Shown here: positions 1-8,861 of the stretch, one piece after another | How positions within the stretch are numbered: the first letter of the stretch is position 1 | Layout of the letters: each line of letters begins with the position of its first letter | From: Halobacteriales archaeon QS_1_68_20 | GTDB lineage: Archaea; Halobacteriota; Halobacteria; Halobacteriales; PXRE01 | Direction: 5' to 3' | Assembly (NCBI GenBank): GCA_003021085.1 | Contig: PXRE01000026.1 | Span: 132,669-196,668 of the forward strand | DNA length: 64,000 nt | Translations under genes and position numbers: made by a program | Notes under the pieces: model-generated | Seen by the model: the letters and a program-made list of their open reading frames with translations, nothing else | Database searches by the model: none | What the model was told of the DNA's origin: nothing

Positions 1-141
1 ACCGTCTCGCCCAGTTCGAATCCCCATCGGAGCACTCCACTCCCTCGTATTCTGTGGTTTCGGGCCGTGACGAGAACCTACTGCAGTAGCTATCGGGAGG
101 GATCTCCCAGCCCGGCGAGAAAGAACGGGATCTTGCAGTGA

Positions 142-918
142 TTACGAGTAGCTGGCGATCAGGACGTCGTGGTCCTCGCTGGTGCTGACCTCGACGTCGT
201 CACCGTACGCACCGGCCCTGATGTACTCGATCTTCCGTTCCACCCAGTCCTGATCGGTCTGCAGCGGGAACGCGAGCACCTGCTCGCCACCGTACACCCG
301 GACGTCGCCGTAGTTGTTGACCGTGAGTTCGGGGACGATCTCCCTGGACTCGGCCGTGGACTCGCCGTACTCCGGTCGCTTCGAGACGGTCTCCGCGGGC
401 AGTTCCAGGGTCGTCTCGCTGCCGACCCGGACCGTCCGGGAACGACCGCCCGCAGTCACCTGGACGTCGGGACCGGACCCGAACGAGACGTCGACCGCCG
501 GCTCCTGGTATGGTTCGTCGAGCAGCATGAAGTTCGGGCTGCGCCAGCTCGGGCTCGCATCGTGGTAGATGGTGGATATCTCCTCGCCAGCGAGGGTGGT
601 ATCGCCAGTCGCGTAGCTCCACCTGAACCCGGCCACGTCGTCGCCGTTTTCGAAGGGCTGCACGTTGCCGGTCTGGAGCCCCAGCACGCCGTTCGTTCCG
701 ACGACGTGCGTCGCACCGTCGTCGTGGTGCCCCATGGCCTTCGGATTACTCCCGTAGGTCAGGGTCACGTCGACGAAGTGGGTCTGGCCGAGGAAGTACT
801 CCGAGGAACGGCCGGCAGCCGCGAGCGTCGTACCGCTGAGGGTGTTCGCAGCCATCGCGCCCGACCCGACCACCTTGAGCACGTCACGCCGTGAGGAGTG
901 TCCGTTGTTGTCAGTCAT
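142..918 (-). CDS. Tat-signal secreted hypothetical protein
   Basis: 258-aa ORF. The N-terminus SSRRDVLKVVGSGAMAA is a twin-arginine motif followed by a hydrophobic stretch. Composition is acidic. It lies 15 nt downstream of, and co-oriented with, the Cys-rich ORF 934-1617. Confidence 0.75.
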   Translation of the reverse strand: MTDNNGHSSRRDVLKVVGSGAMAANTLSGTTLAAAGRSSEYFLGQTHFVDVTLTYGSNPKAMGHHDDGATHVVGTNGVLGLQTGNVQPFENGDDVAGFRWSYATGDTTLAGEEISTIYHDASPSWRSPNFMLLDEPYQEPAVDVSFGSGPDVQVTAGGRSRTVRVGSETTLELPAETVSKRPEYGESTAESREIVPELTVNNYGDVRVYGGEQVLAFPLQTDQDWVERKIEYIRAGAYGDDVEVSTSEDHDVLIASYS

Positions 919-933
919 TGTTGGGCACCTCTG

Positions 934-1617
934 TTAGGTTTCACACTGTCTCGAATACTTGATGCCGTCCTCCTCGCACCAGTTCAGCCACTTGTTCCCG
1001 CCACAGTCCGACTGATTGTGGTTGTCGTTGCAATCTCCGGAGGTCTTCTTGTCATCGTAGTTGATACACATCGGGGTCCGCTTGTAGTCCCCGTTGTAGT
1101 AGATGTCGTCGCCCAGAGCGTGGTCGCCTTCTCCGTTGGTGACCCACCGTTTTTCGGTGCACTCGCTGTCGTACGAGAGGTAGTTGTGGAACACCTCCTG
1201 CACCGCCACACCCTGGAACGCGTACTTATCACAAAAGTGGAACCAGTCGGTCTTCACGATCGCACTGAGGTCGGTGTTCCAGGCGTTGCCGTTGTGAACT
1301 GCGACGCTGGTGTGACAGCCGTGAACCAGAAGCCAGGACCCCCGGTCGGTCAGTCCCCGGTTCTCGCGCCAGTTTGTCCACTGGTCGAGGAGGCCGCTCC
1401 CGTCGCAGTCCAGGTTACAGGTGGTGTCGTACTCCTCGATCCGCCAGCCGTCGATCGATCCCGCGTTGTAGAGCTGTTTCAGTGCCTCCTCGACACCGCT
1501 GGCCGCGACGTTTCGTAGCGTGGTACCCACACCATCGCCCTTGCAGACGTGGACCACCATCGCGTCGCTACCGTACGAGTCGCCATCACCGTACGTTGAT
1601 ATGTGGGAATATCCCAT
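934..1617 (-). CDS. Cysteine-rich hypothetical protein, no recognisable signal peptide
   Basis: 227-aa ORF with an ATG start directly after an AT-rich tract. About 11 Cys, concentrated at the C-terminus (PMCINYDDKKTSGDCNDNHNQSDCGGNKWLNWCEEDGIKYSRQC). Codon usage is visibly lower in G+C than the neighbours. I recognise no family. Confidence 0.7.
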   Translation of the reverse strand: MGYSHISTYGDGDSYGSDAMVVHVCKGDGVGTTLRNVAASGVEEALKQLYNAGSIDGWRIEEYDTTCNLDCDGSGLLDQWTNWRENRGLTDRGSWLLVHGCHTSVAVHNGNAWNTDLSAIVKTDWFHFCDKYAFQGVAVQEVFHNYLSYDSECTEKRWVTNGEGDHALGDDIYYNGDYKRTPMCINYDDKKTSGDCNDNHNQSDCGGNKWLNWCEEDGIKYSRQCET

Positions 1618-1700
1618 GGGCCTTCGATGCAGACAATAAAAATAAAAATTTTGTTTCCGAGTATAATATTATGATTTTATATATTGTAATTGATATTGCC
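1618..1700 (-). promoter_or_regulatory. AT-rich upstream tract, putative TATA/BRE promoter for 934-1617
   Basis: The sequence caataaaaataaaaattttgtttccgagtataatattatgattttatatattgtaattgatatt is strikingly AT-rich in otherwise GC-rich DNA and lies immediately 5' of the ORF start. Confidence 0.45.
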
Positions 1701-1867
1701 TGAATGAAAGGTCTCCGGGATGGTGACCGGAGCGGAAAGCCGGCCCCAGGCCCGTCGGAAGTCGGGCTAACGTTCCCTTTCGGCTCGACCCGGTCCGACT
1801 CGGGACGTCGACACCAGACTGCCCGGCGACCACCACGCCTTTGTCCCGGACGGCCCCACCAGTACCC

Positions 1868-2806
1868 ATGGCAGACGATGGGCCGACGGGCCAGTCCGCC
1901 CTCGTGACGGGTGGGGCTGGCTTCATCGGCAGTCACCTCACGGACGCCCTCGTAGCGGACAACGACGTCACCGTCGTCGACGACCTCTCGAACGGCCGCC
2001 GGGATCGGGTCCCCGACGACGCGACGTTCGTCGAGGCAGACGTCGCCGACCGGGACGACCTCTCGGACCTGATGGCCGACGCCGACGTCGTCTTCCACCA
2101 GGCCGCCCAGGTCAGCGTCGACCGCTCCGTGGAGGCCCCTGTGGCGTCCCACGAGACCAACGTCGACGCCACGCTCGCGTTGCTGGAACTCGCCCGCGAA
2201 CACGACGTCCGGGTCGTCCTCGCGTCCAGTTGCGCCGTCTACGGCCAACCCGAGAGCGTCCCGCTGTCGGAGTCGGACCTGCTCGACCCCACCTCTCCGT
2301 ACGGCCTCGAGAAGTTGACCGTCGACCACTACGCCCGCCTGTACCACGACCTCTACGACCTGGAGACGGTCGCGCTCCGGTACTTCAACGTCTACGGCCC
2401 CGGGCAGGCCGGCGGGGACTACAGCGGCGTCATCAGCGTCTTCCTCGAGAAGGCCGCGGCGGGCGACCCGATCACCGTCCACGGCGACGGCACCCAGACC
2501 CGGGACTTCGTCCACGTCGAGGACGTCGTCCGTGCGAACCTGCTGGCCGCGACGACCGACCACGTCGGGGAGGCGTACAACGTCGGCACGGGCGAGTCCA
2601 TCTCCATCCGGGACCTGGCGGAACTGGTCCTCGACCTCACCGGCACCGACGCCGAGATCGTCCACACCGACGCCCGCCCGGGCGACATCCAGCACTCCCG
2701 CGCGGACGTCTCGAAGGCCCGCGAGCGCCTGGGGTACGACCCGACCGTCGCGTTCCGCGACGGACTCGATGGGACCGCAGACTGGCACCGGACCCGGCGG
2801 GAGTGA
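1868..2806 (+). CDS. NAD-dependent epimerase/dehydratase (UDP-sugar 4-epimerase-like, SDR family)
   Basis: Rossmann motif ALVTGGAGFIGSHL, catalytic YxxxK (SPYGLEK) and the usual epimerase length. The ATG at 1868 is preferred over the upstream TTG at 1841. Confidence 0.9.
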   Translation: MADDGPTGQSALVTGGAGFIGSHLTDALVADNDVTVVDDLSNGRRDRVPDDATFVEADVADRDDLSDLMADADVVFHQAAQVSVDRSVEAPVASHETNVDATLALLELAREHDVRVVLASSCAVYGQPESVPLSESDLLDPTSPYGLEKLTVDHYARLYHDLYDLETVALRYFNVYGPGQAGGDYSGVISVFLEKAAAGDPITVHGDGTQTRDFVHVEDVVRANLLAATTDHVGEAYNVGTGESISIRDLAELVLDLTGTDAEIVHTDARPGDIQHSRADVSKARERLGYDPTVAFRDGLDGTADWHRTRRE

Positions 2807-2891
2807 CGACCGGGACCCCGGTCCGGGGTGGCGGTCACGGCGAGACTGCCGCGTGCCACAGAGTATTGAACCCCGGCGGTCGACAGGGCAC

Positions 2892-5000
2892 ATGGTCGAC
2901 CCGATTCCAGCGGACGCCTTCTACGACCTGACGACGGTAACCGACGTCGCCGTCTCGCCCGGCGGCGACCGGGTCGCGTTCGTCGCCGACGAGTTCGACG
3001 CAGTGGAAGACGAGCGAGTGAGTTCCCTGTTCGTCGTCCCGACCGACGGGAGCCGGGACCCCCACCGCCTGACGCGGGCCTCCGAGGCCGGGGCACCGGC
3101 CTGGAGTCCCGACGGATCGAAACTGGGGTTCCTGGCCGCGCGAGAGACCGACGCCGAAATCCGGGTCACCCGCGACGACGGGACGGCGGACGACGAGTTT
3201 GCGACGGACGACGGGGACGACGGTGCGGACGACGAACCGGAATCCCAGTTGTGGGTGTTCGACCTCGAACGCGGCGGCGACGCCCGGCAGGTGACCGACC
3301 GTGACGACGGCGTCGACGAGTTCGACTGGGCGCCAGACGGCGAGCGAGTCGTGGTCGCCGCGCGGGACCCGACCGACGAGCAGCGGGAGTACCTGCAGCA
3401 GCGCCGCGAGGGCGGCCCGATAGAGACCGAACGCCTCCAGCACAAGTTCGACGGGAACGGGTGGCTGGACGACGTGCGGACCTACCTGTTCGTCGTCGAC
3501 GTCGAGCGCGGGGAGAGCGAGCGACTGGACGACGCCTACGGTGGCGGCGCGGTGGACGCGCGGACCGGCCTCCGGCCGGCCTGGGGTGCCGGCGACCGGA
3601 TCGCGTTCCTCTCGACCCGGACCGAGCGACCGGACGACTCTAGCGTGGTGGACGTCTACACCGTCGCTCCGGACGGGTCGGACTGCCGGCGACTCACCGA
3701 CGGCGACGTGATGGCCCACCGACTGGCATGGGGTTCGGACGGCGACCGCGTGGCGTTCACGGCCCGCCAACCGGACAACTGGTACGTCCCCAGCGAACTG
3801 TACGTCGGCGACCCGTCGGCCGGGACCTACGAGTCGGTCTCCGTGGGCCTGGACCGGACGGTCGGCCGGTCGCCACCCCAATGGGTCAACGACGGGACCC
3901 TGCTGGCGCTGGTGGGCGACGAGGGTCGAACCCGCATCTGTCGGTTCAGCGTCGACGGGTCCCCGGAGCGGGTGTTCCAGCACCAGTCCGCCGGCGAGTC
4001 GCTGTCGGACTTCGACGCCGCCGGTGGGACGCTGGCGTTCGTGACCTCGCTGCCGGGCGAGGGCGCCCACGTGTACGCGATGGACGCGGCGAGCGTCTCG
4101 GCCGGCCCGGACGACGCCGACCCGCGCACGCGCCTGACGACCCTGAACGACGACCTGGTCGACGCCTACCCGATGCCGGAGTGCCAGCGGGTGACCTTCG
4201 AGAGCGGGGGCGAGTCGCCCGCGTCGGCGGGGGAGACGGAGGACGGCGGTGCGACCGTCGAGGCGCTGGCGTACTACCCCCCGGACTTCGACCAGGACGA
4301 CCCCGACCCCCGGCCGCTGGTGCTGGACATCCACGGCGGACCGATGGCGTACGACGAACCGTCGTTCCGGTTCAAGGACGCTTACTTCACGTCGCGGGGG
4401 TACGTCGTCCTGAAGGTCAACTACCGGGGGAGCACGTCCTACGGCCGGGCGTTCTGCGAGGTGCTGAAGGGCGAGTGGGGGACCGTCGAGGTGGACGACC
4501 TCCAGGCCGGCGTGGACGAACTGGTCGACCGCGGGTGGGCCGACGCCGATCGCCTGTTCCCCACCGGATTCTCCCAGGGCGGGGTCAACACCGGGTACCT
4601 CGTGACCCGGGACGACCGCTGGGCCGCGGCGGCGGCCGAACACGGGGTCTACGACTACCGGTCGGCGTTCGGCACCGACGATTCGCACACCTGGTGGGAG
4701 GCGGACTTCGGCCTCCCCTGGGAGGACCCCGACGAGTACGACGACCACTCCATCGTCACCGACGTCGGCGAGGTGGAGACGCCGTTGCTGGTGACTGCGG
4801 GCGAGGCGGACTGGCGGTGTCCGCCCACCCAGGCCGAGCAACTGTACGTCTCCGTCCGCAAGCAGGGCGTGCCCGCGAAACTCGTCGTCTACCCGGACGA
4901 ACACCACAACGTCGGCGACCCCGACCGGGCGATCCACCGCCTGGAGGAACTGTCGGGGTGGTTCGAGCGGTTCGATCCGTCGAGCGACGGCGACGAGTGA
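2892..5000 (+). CDS. S9 family serine peptidase (prolyl oligopeptidase / acylaminoacyl-peptidase-like)
   Basis: Repeated W-D/P-DG motifs suggest an N-terminal beta-propeller. The C-terminal alpha/beta hydrolase part has the nucleophile motif GFSQGG. The ATG at 2892 (MVDPIPAD) is used; the upstream part of the 822-aa ORF is Arg/Pro-rich non-coding read-through. Confidence 0.9.
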   Translation: MVDPIPADAFYDLTTVTDVAVSPGGDRVAFVADEFDAVEDERVSSLFVVPTDGSRDPHRLTRASEAGAPAWSPDGSKLGFLAARETDAEIRVTRDDGTADDEFATDDGDDGADDEPESQLWVFDLERGGDARQVTDRDDGVDEFDWAPDGERVVVAARDPTDEQREYLQQRREGGPIETERLQHKFDGNGWLDDVRTYLFVVDVERGESERLDDAYGGGAVDARTGLRPAWGAGDRIAFLSTRTERPDDSSVVDVYTVAPDGSDCRRLTDGDVMAHRLAWGSDGDRVAFTARQPDNWYVPSELYVGDPSAGTYESVSVGLDRTVGRSPPQWVNDGTLLALVGDEGRTRICRFSVDGSPERVFQHQSAGESLSDFDAAGGTLAFVTSLPGEGAHVYAMDAASVSAGPDDADPRTRLTTLNDDLVDAYPMPECQRVTFESGGESPASAGETEDGGATVEALAYYPPDFDQDDPDPRPLVLDIHGGPMAYDEPSFRFKDAYFTSRGYVVLKVNYRGSTSYGRAFCEVLKGEWGTVEVDDLQAGVDELVDRGWADADRLFPTGFSQGGVNTGYLVTRDDRWAAAAAEHGVYDYRSAFGTDDSHTWWEADFGLPWEDPDEYDDHSIVTDVGEVETPLLVTAGEADWRCPPTQAEQLYVSVRKQGVPAKLVVYPDEHHNVGDPDRAIHRLEELSGWFERFDPSSDGDE

Positions 5001-5048
5001 ACTCCGACGCTCCCGAAAATTATTGTCTGCGGGGCTGTATTTCCCGTC

Positions 5049-6146
5049 ATGGACCGCGACGCCCTCCGGGACGAAGTCGAGGAGTGGGTACGAGAGGGGA
5101 TCATCACCGAGGCCCAGGCCGACGAGATCCTCGCCCGGTACGAGGCCGAGGAACCGGGTCGGTCCCGCGTCGTGCTGGCGCTCTCGCTACTGGGGGCCGC
5201 GCTCGTGCTGATCGGCGTCACGTGGTTCCTCGGCACGAACTGGTCGGACCTGTCCAGACCGGCGCGGGCGGTCGTGCTGGTCGGCGGTCCGGGACTGGCG
5301 TACGCTGGCGGCAGGGAGGCCTACGACAGGGACGCGGCCCGGATCGGTCACGCGCTGTGCGTCCTCGGGGCGGTCCTCGTCGGCCCCTCGGTGTTCCTGT
5401 TCGAGGAACTGCTCGCCGTCGCCGTCTCGTCCGAGTTGTTACTGCTCGCCTGGGCGGCCGTCGCGCTCCCGACCGGTCACGCGCTGGCGTCCCGGCCGGC
5501 GACCGGCCTGGGCCTGGCCGTCCTCGTCGGTCTCGTCGTCGACCTCGCGGATCCGTCCGATCCGGTCCTGGCCGCCGGTCCGTTCGGGGTGGTGCTGTTC
5601 GCCGTCGGGTACGCCCGGTCGGGGCGAGTGGCGTGGACCTATCGGGTCGGCGGCGCGGCCGTGACGCTGGGTGCGCTCGTCATGCTCACGACGATAGAGG
5701 GCCGCTTTGCCAGTTTTGACCTCGAACTGACGACGACGCTGGTCGCCGTCGCGGTCGGCGCGCTCGCGGCGACGGCGTGGCTCTCCACGGAACACGAGCG
5801 AGCGGGGTCCGCCTGGGCCGCCGCCGCGCTCGTAGCGCTCGGTGTGTCGGCCACTGCCGCGGTGCTGGCTCCCGGGACGGTTCCACGACTGCTCGCGTTC
5901 GGCGTGACCCACCTGTCAGCGCTGGCGGGCCTGTTCGCCACGGGCTACCTCGGCTTCCGGGCGCGCTCGCGGTCGCTGGTCGACCTCGCCGCCCTCGGGG
6001 GGTTGTTCCAGACGCTCTCGTTCGTCGGGTCGACGGTCGTCGACGCGCTGTCGGGGTCGCTCGCCCTCGTCGTCGCCGGCCTGATCCTGCTGGGCGTCGG
6101 TGCCGCGGTCGAACGTGGCCGACGGTCACTACTGGCCCACCTGTGA
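5049..6146 (+). CDS. Multi-pass membrane protein (DUF2157-like)
   Basis: A soluble N-terminal segment (REGIITEAQADEILARYE) is followed by about 10 hydrophobic helices. Confidence 0.8.
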   Translation: MDRDALRDEVEEWVREGIITEAQADEILARYEAEEPGRSRVVLALSLLGAALVLIGVTWFLGTNWSDLSRPARAVVLVGGPGLAYAGGREAYDRDAARIGHALCVLGAVLVGPSVFLFEELLAVAVSSELLLLAWAAVALPTGHALASRPATGLGLAVLVGLVVDLADPSDPVLAAGPFGVVLFAVGYARSGRVAWTYRVGGAAVTLGALVMLTTIEGRFASFDLELTTTLVAVAVGALAATAWLSTEHERAGSAWAAAALVALGVSATAAVLAPGTVPRLLAFGVTHLSALAGLFATGYLGFRARSRSLVDLAALGGLFQTLSFVGSTVVDALSGSLALVVAGLILLGVGAAVERGRRSLLAHL

Positions 6147-6175
6147 GGTTCGGCCGCCCCTGGCGAACGGTCGCG

Positions 6176-6940
6176 TCAGTCCGCGTCGGCGAGTTCGGGG
6201 TTCGGCGTGGCGGGGGCGACCAGCAACGTCCGGGCGACCATGACGGCCGCGAGGACGACCAGGCCGGCACACAGCAGGTACTCCGCGGTGAACCCGATGC
6301 GGTAGGCGATGGGCACGCCGACGATGGGGCCGAGCGTCGACTCGAAGTCGCCGAAGACGTTGTAGACGCCGCCGAGTTTGCCCACGTCGTCGGCGGGGCT
6401 GACGTCTCCCAGGTACGCGAGTAGCGGCGGGTTCGTGCCACCGACGCCGACGCCGACGAGGGTGACGCCCGCGAGCGTGCCGGCTAGCGTCGGTCGGACG
6501 GCGAGGACGACGAAGCCCAGGCCCAGCACCGACAGCGCCGGCATGGTGATAGACGCGCGGTTGTCGAGGGTGTCCGAATAGCGGCCGGCGGCGACTGTCG
6601 CCGCGCTGCTGGCGACAACCGACAGCGCCATGACGACGCCGCTGACGCCCGTCTCCGAGAACCCCGACAGTTCGACGCCGTTGGTCCCGGCGTACAGGAC
6701 GACCGTCGACAGGAGGACGCCCGCGAACAGGAACCGGACGGTCGTGTTGACCAGGCCGACCGACAGCACTCGCGTGTCCCGGCGGACGAGACCCGGAATC
6801 GCGCGGAGGCCGGCGGTCCGGTCCACGTCGGCCGAGAGGTCCGGGAGGACCGCCGCGGCGACGACTGCGGCGAACATGCCCGCGAACCCCGCCGCGAGGA
6901 ACGCCTCCCGGAAGCCGAGTTTCGCTTCAATATCTATCGC
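6176..6940 (-). pseudogene. MFS transporter, C-terminal half only (5'-truncated)
   Basis: The last ~235-255 aa of the 537-aa ORF form six hydrophobic helices resembling the second half of the intact MFS gene at 40561-41883. Upstream, the ORF reads through repeat DNA (Arg/Pro-rich). No N-terminal six-helix half is present. Confidence 0.6.
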
Positions 6941-7049
6941 CACGGCGCGCGCTGGCCCGCGTGTCGCCCCCGGCGACCGCGGGCCGACACCGCGCGAGGG
7001 ACGAGTAACGCGAGGAACGCCCGGAGGGCGTGACTGAGTAACGCAGTCG

Positions 7050-7295
7050 GCTGGGGAGGGGTGTGGATGCGGCTTGCGGGGTGGGACTGAGCCAGCGAGA
7101 GCGTCGCTCTCGCGACGTAAGGACCGCAGCGGAGCGAGGACCGCAGCGAGCCGCGCGAGTCGAGCGCGCGGGGGCTTTCTGGGTGTTGCTGACCACGGAA
7201 CCGTCGACTGAGTGTGTGCGGGGCTTTCTGCGTGTTGCCGGCAAAGAAACCGCCGACAGAGAGCGCGCGGGGGTTTTCTCCGTGTTGTTGACCGG
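7050..7295 (+). repeat. Composite interspersed repeat, copy 1 (palindrome plus three 49-50-bp tandem units)
   Basis: Shares four blocks with 31190-31445: gaggggtgtggatgcg (7056-7071), gagccagcgagagcgtcgctctcgcg (7089-7114, containing a perfect 19-nt palindrome), gcagcgagNcgcgcgagtcgagcgNgcgggggctttctgNgtgttg (7143-7188), and accgccgacagagag...gggggNtttc. The motif gcggggctttctgNgtgttg recurs at about 7168, 7218 and 7267. Confidence 0.85.
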
Positions 7296-7363
7296 AATCC
7301 AGTCCGTGGAGAACACGCCCGATCCTGAAAACGATTTTCAGCCCCGCCATCGAACACCCACAC

Positions 7364-7870
7364 ATGCACTTCGAGGTCGTCCAGGGCGACATCGCCGGGC
7401 AGTCCGCGGATGCTCTCGTCAACGCCGCGGGGACGAGTCTCGAGATGGGATCGGGCGTCGCTGGGGCGCTCCGCAGGGGGGCCGGCGAAGAGATCAGCGA
7501 GGAAGCGGTCTCGAGGGGGCCGGTCGACCTCGGGGCGGTCGCGGTCACCGACGCCTACGATCTGGACGCCGACAACGTGATCCACGCCGCCGCGATGCCC
7601 CACTACGGCGACCGGCAGGCGACCGAGGAGAGCATCCGCGAGGCGACCCGGAACACCCTCCGGGAGGCCGACGACCTGGGCTGTGAGTCGCTGGTGATCC
7701 CTGCGCTGGGGTGTGGTACCGCGGGGTTCGACCTCCGGGAGGGCGCCCGTTTCATCGCCGAGGAGATCGACGACTACGAACCCGAACACCTCGAGGACGT
7801 CCGGTTCATCGGGTACAGCGACGACGAGTACCGGACCATCCGCGAGGCGGCCGACGAGGTTCGCGGCTGA
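7364..7870 (+). CDS. Macro-domain protein (ADP-ribose binding / O-acetyl-ADP-ribose deacetylase-like)
   Basis: 168 aa with VQGDIAGQSADALVNAAGTSLEMGSGVAGAL and IPALGCGTAGF, both typical macro-domain motifs. Confidence 0.9.
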   Translation: MHFEVVQGDIAGQSADALVNAAGTSLEMGSGVAGALRRGAGEEISEEAVSRGPVDLGAVAVTDAYDLDADNVIHAAAMPHYGDRQATEESIREATRNTLREADDLGCESLVIPALGCGTAGFDLREGARFIAEEIDDYEPEHLEDVRFIGYSDDEYRTIREAADEVRG

Positions 7871-7873
7871 TCG

Positions 7874-7944
7874 CCGGGGAGGAGTGCACGGCTGATTCCC
7901 GGGAGGAGTGCACGGCTGGTCTCCCGGGGAGGGGTGACTGCCGG
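7874..7944 (+). repeat. Short 24-bp tandem repeat (2 copies plus a degenerate third)
   Basis: ccggggaggagtgcacggctg (7874-7894), cccgggaggagtgcacggctg (7898-7918) and cccggggaggggtgactgccgg (7923-7944), directly after the macro-domain stop codon. Confidence 0.8.
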
Positions 7945-7991
7945 CGACAGTCTGGAGGATTTATGTTCCGCCGGGGACACCTGACGACGAC

Positions 7992-8861
7992 ATGGTGCCG
8001 TCGTGGATCGTCGGCGCGCTCTCCTGGCTGGTCGGCGTCTTGCTGACGGTCCTCGGACTCGTGGGAACGCTGGTGTTCGGGATCCTCACGGTGATCACGC
8101 TCGGGAGCGTCTCGGCGGACGTCCGCCGGGCAGTACTGGGGGCGCGGCCCGCGAAGACCCCCAGCGACGTGACCGACGACACCGAGGGACTGACGAAGGT
8201 GACCGGGACCGTCTGGCCGGAGTACGAGACCGGCGTCGACCCCATCACGGACTACGAGTTCGTGCTCGCGACCCTCACCGAGGCCGAGCAGGAACCCACC
8301 GACGGCGACCTGACGGGCGAGTGGGACCGTGACGGCTGGGCGACCGCCTGCCACGAGTTCTATCTCGGGGAGGGGATGGACCGCCTGCCCGTCGGGCCGG
8401 GGCAACTGGACACCGACTCGCTGTCGGCGCTGGACCCCTCCGGGACGACCATCGTCCGGGAGGGCGGGTCCGTCCCGGAGGGAATCGTCGAGTTCGTAGC
8501 CACCTACGCCCACCTGGAGGAGTTGCGGACCTTCGCCGGCGAGTGGGTCGGCACCGCCTACGGGCAGGTGCTCGCCAAGGACGGCGACGAGTTGACCGTC
8601 GACTGGTACCCGACGGCGCCGGTCCGGACCCGCTTCCGGACCCGCACCGTCGAACCGGGCGAAACCGTCACGGTCGTCGGGACCGTCGTCAGGGACGGCC
8701 ACGAGACCATCGTCACCAACGACTCCGAGTACTTCGCCGTGTACGACGACGGCGGCCGGACGCTGTTGACCGAGGCACTGGACGACCTGGTCGGCCCGGT
8801 CGTCTTCCTCGTGCTCGTCGCGTCCGGCCTCTACGTGTCGCTGTTCTGGTTACTCCTGTAG
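7992..8861 (+). CDS. Membrane-anchored hypothetical protein (TM helices at both termini)
   Basis: 289 aa. Hydrophobic N-terminus (IVGALSWLVGVLLTVLGLVGTLVFGILTVITL) and C-terminus (VVFLVLVASGLYVSLFWLLL) flank an acidic soluble domain. Confidence 0.75.
   Translation: MVPSWIVGALSWLVGVLLTVLGLVGTLVFGILTVITLGSVSADVRRAVLGARPAKTPSDVTDDTEGLTKVTGTVWPEYETGVDPITDYEFVLATLTEAEQEPTDGDLTGEWDRDGWATACHEFYLGEGMDRLPVGPGQLDTDSLSALDPSGTTIVREGGSVPEGIVEFVATYAHLEELRTFAGEWVGTAYGQVLAKDGDELTVDWYPTAPVRTRFRTRTVEPGETVTVVGTVVRDGHETIVTNDSEYFAVYDDGGRTLLTEALDDLVGPVVFLVLVASGLYVSLFWLLL

Noticed and set aside
1-60. Intact tRNA at the window start
   Set aside because: The T-stem cannot pair (cccag versus cccca) and no upstream arms are available. 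It is reported only as a tRNA 3'-end-like fragment.
2835-4937. 700-aa ORF on the minus strand, and the 663-aa ORF at 3728-5719 on the plus strand
   Set aside because: Both are Arg/Pro/Gly/Val-rich with no motifs. They lie antisense to, or out of frame with, the well-supported S9 peptidase and DUF2157 genes. These are typical shadow ORFs of high-G+C DNA.
7160-7295. CRISPR-like reading of the 49-50-bp periodic units (also 31365-31445)
   Set aside because: There are only 2-3 units. The repeats are ~20 nt and imperfect. The 'spacers' are themselves similar between the two loci (aaaccgccgacagagagc). No leader or cas genes are present. This is a repeat-element substructure, not a CRISPR array.
6941-7789. 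N-terminal 280 residues of the 537-aa ORF 6176-7789, read as part of the MFS protein
   Set aside because: This part reads through the interspersed repeat and antisense through the macro-domain gene. It has no hydrophobic helices, so only the C-terminal half is treated as an MFS remnant.
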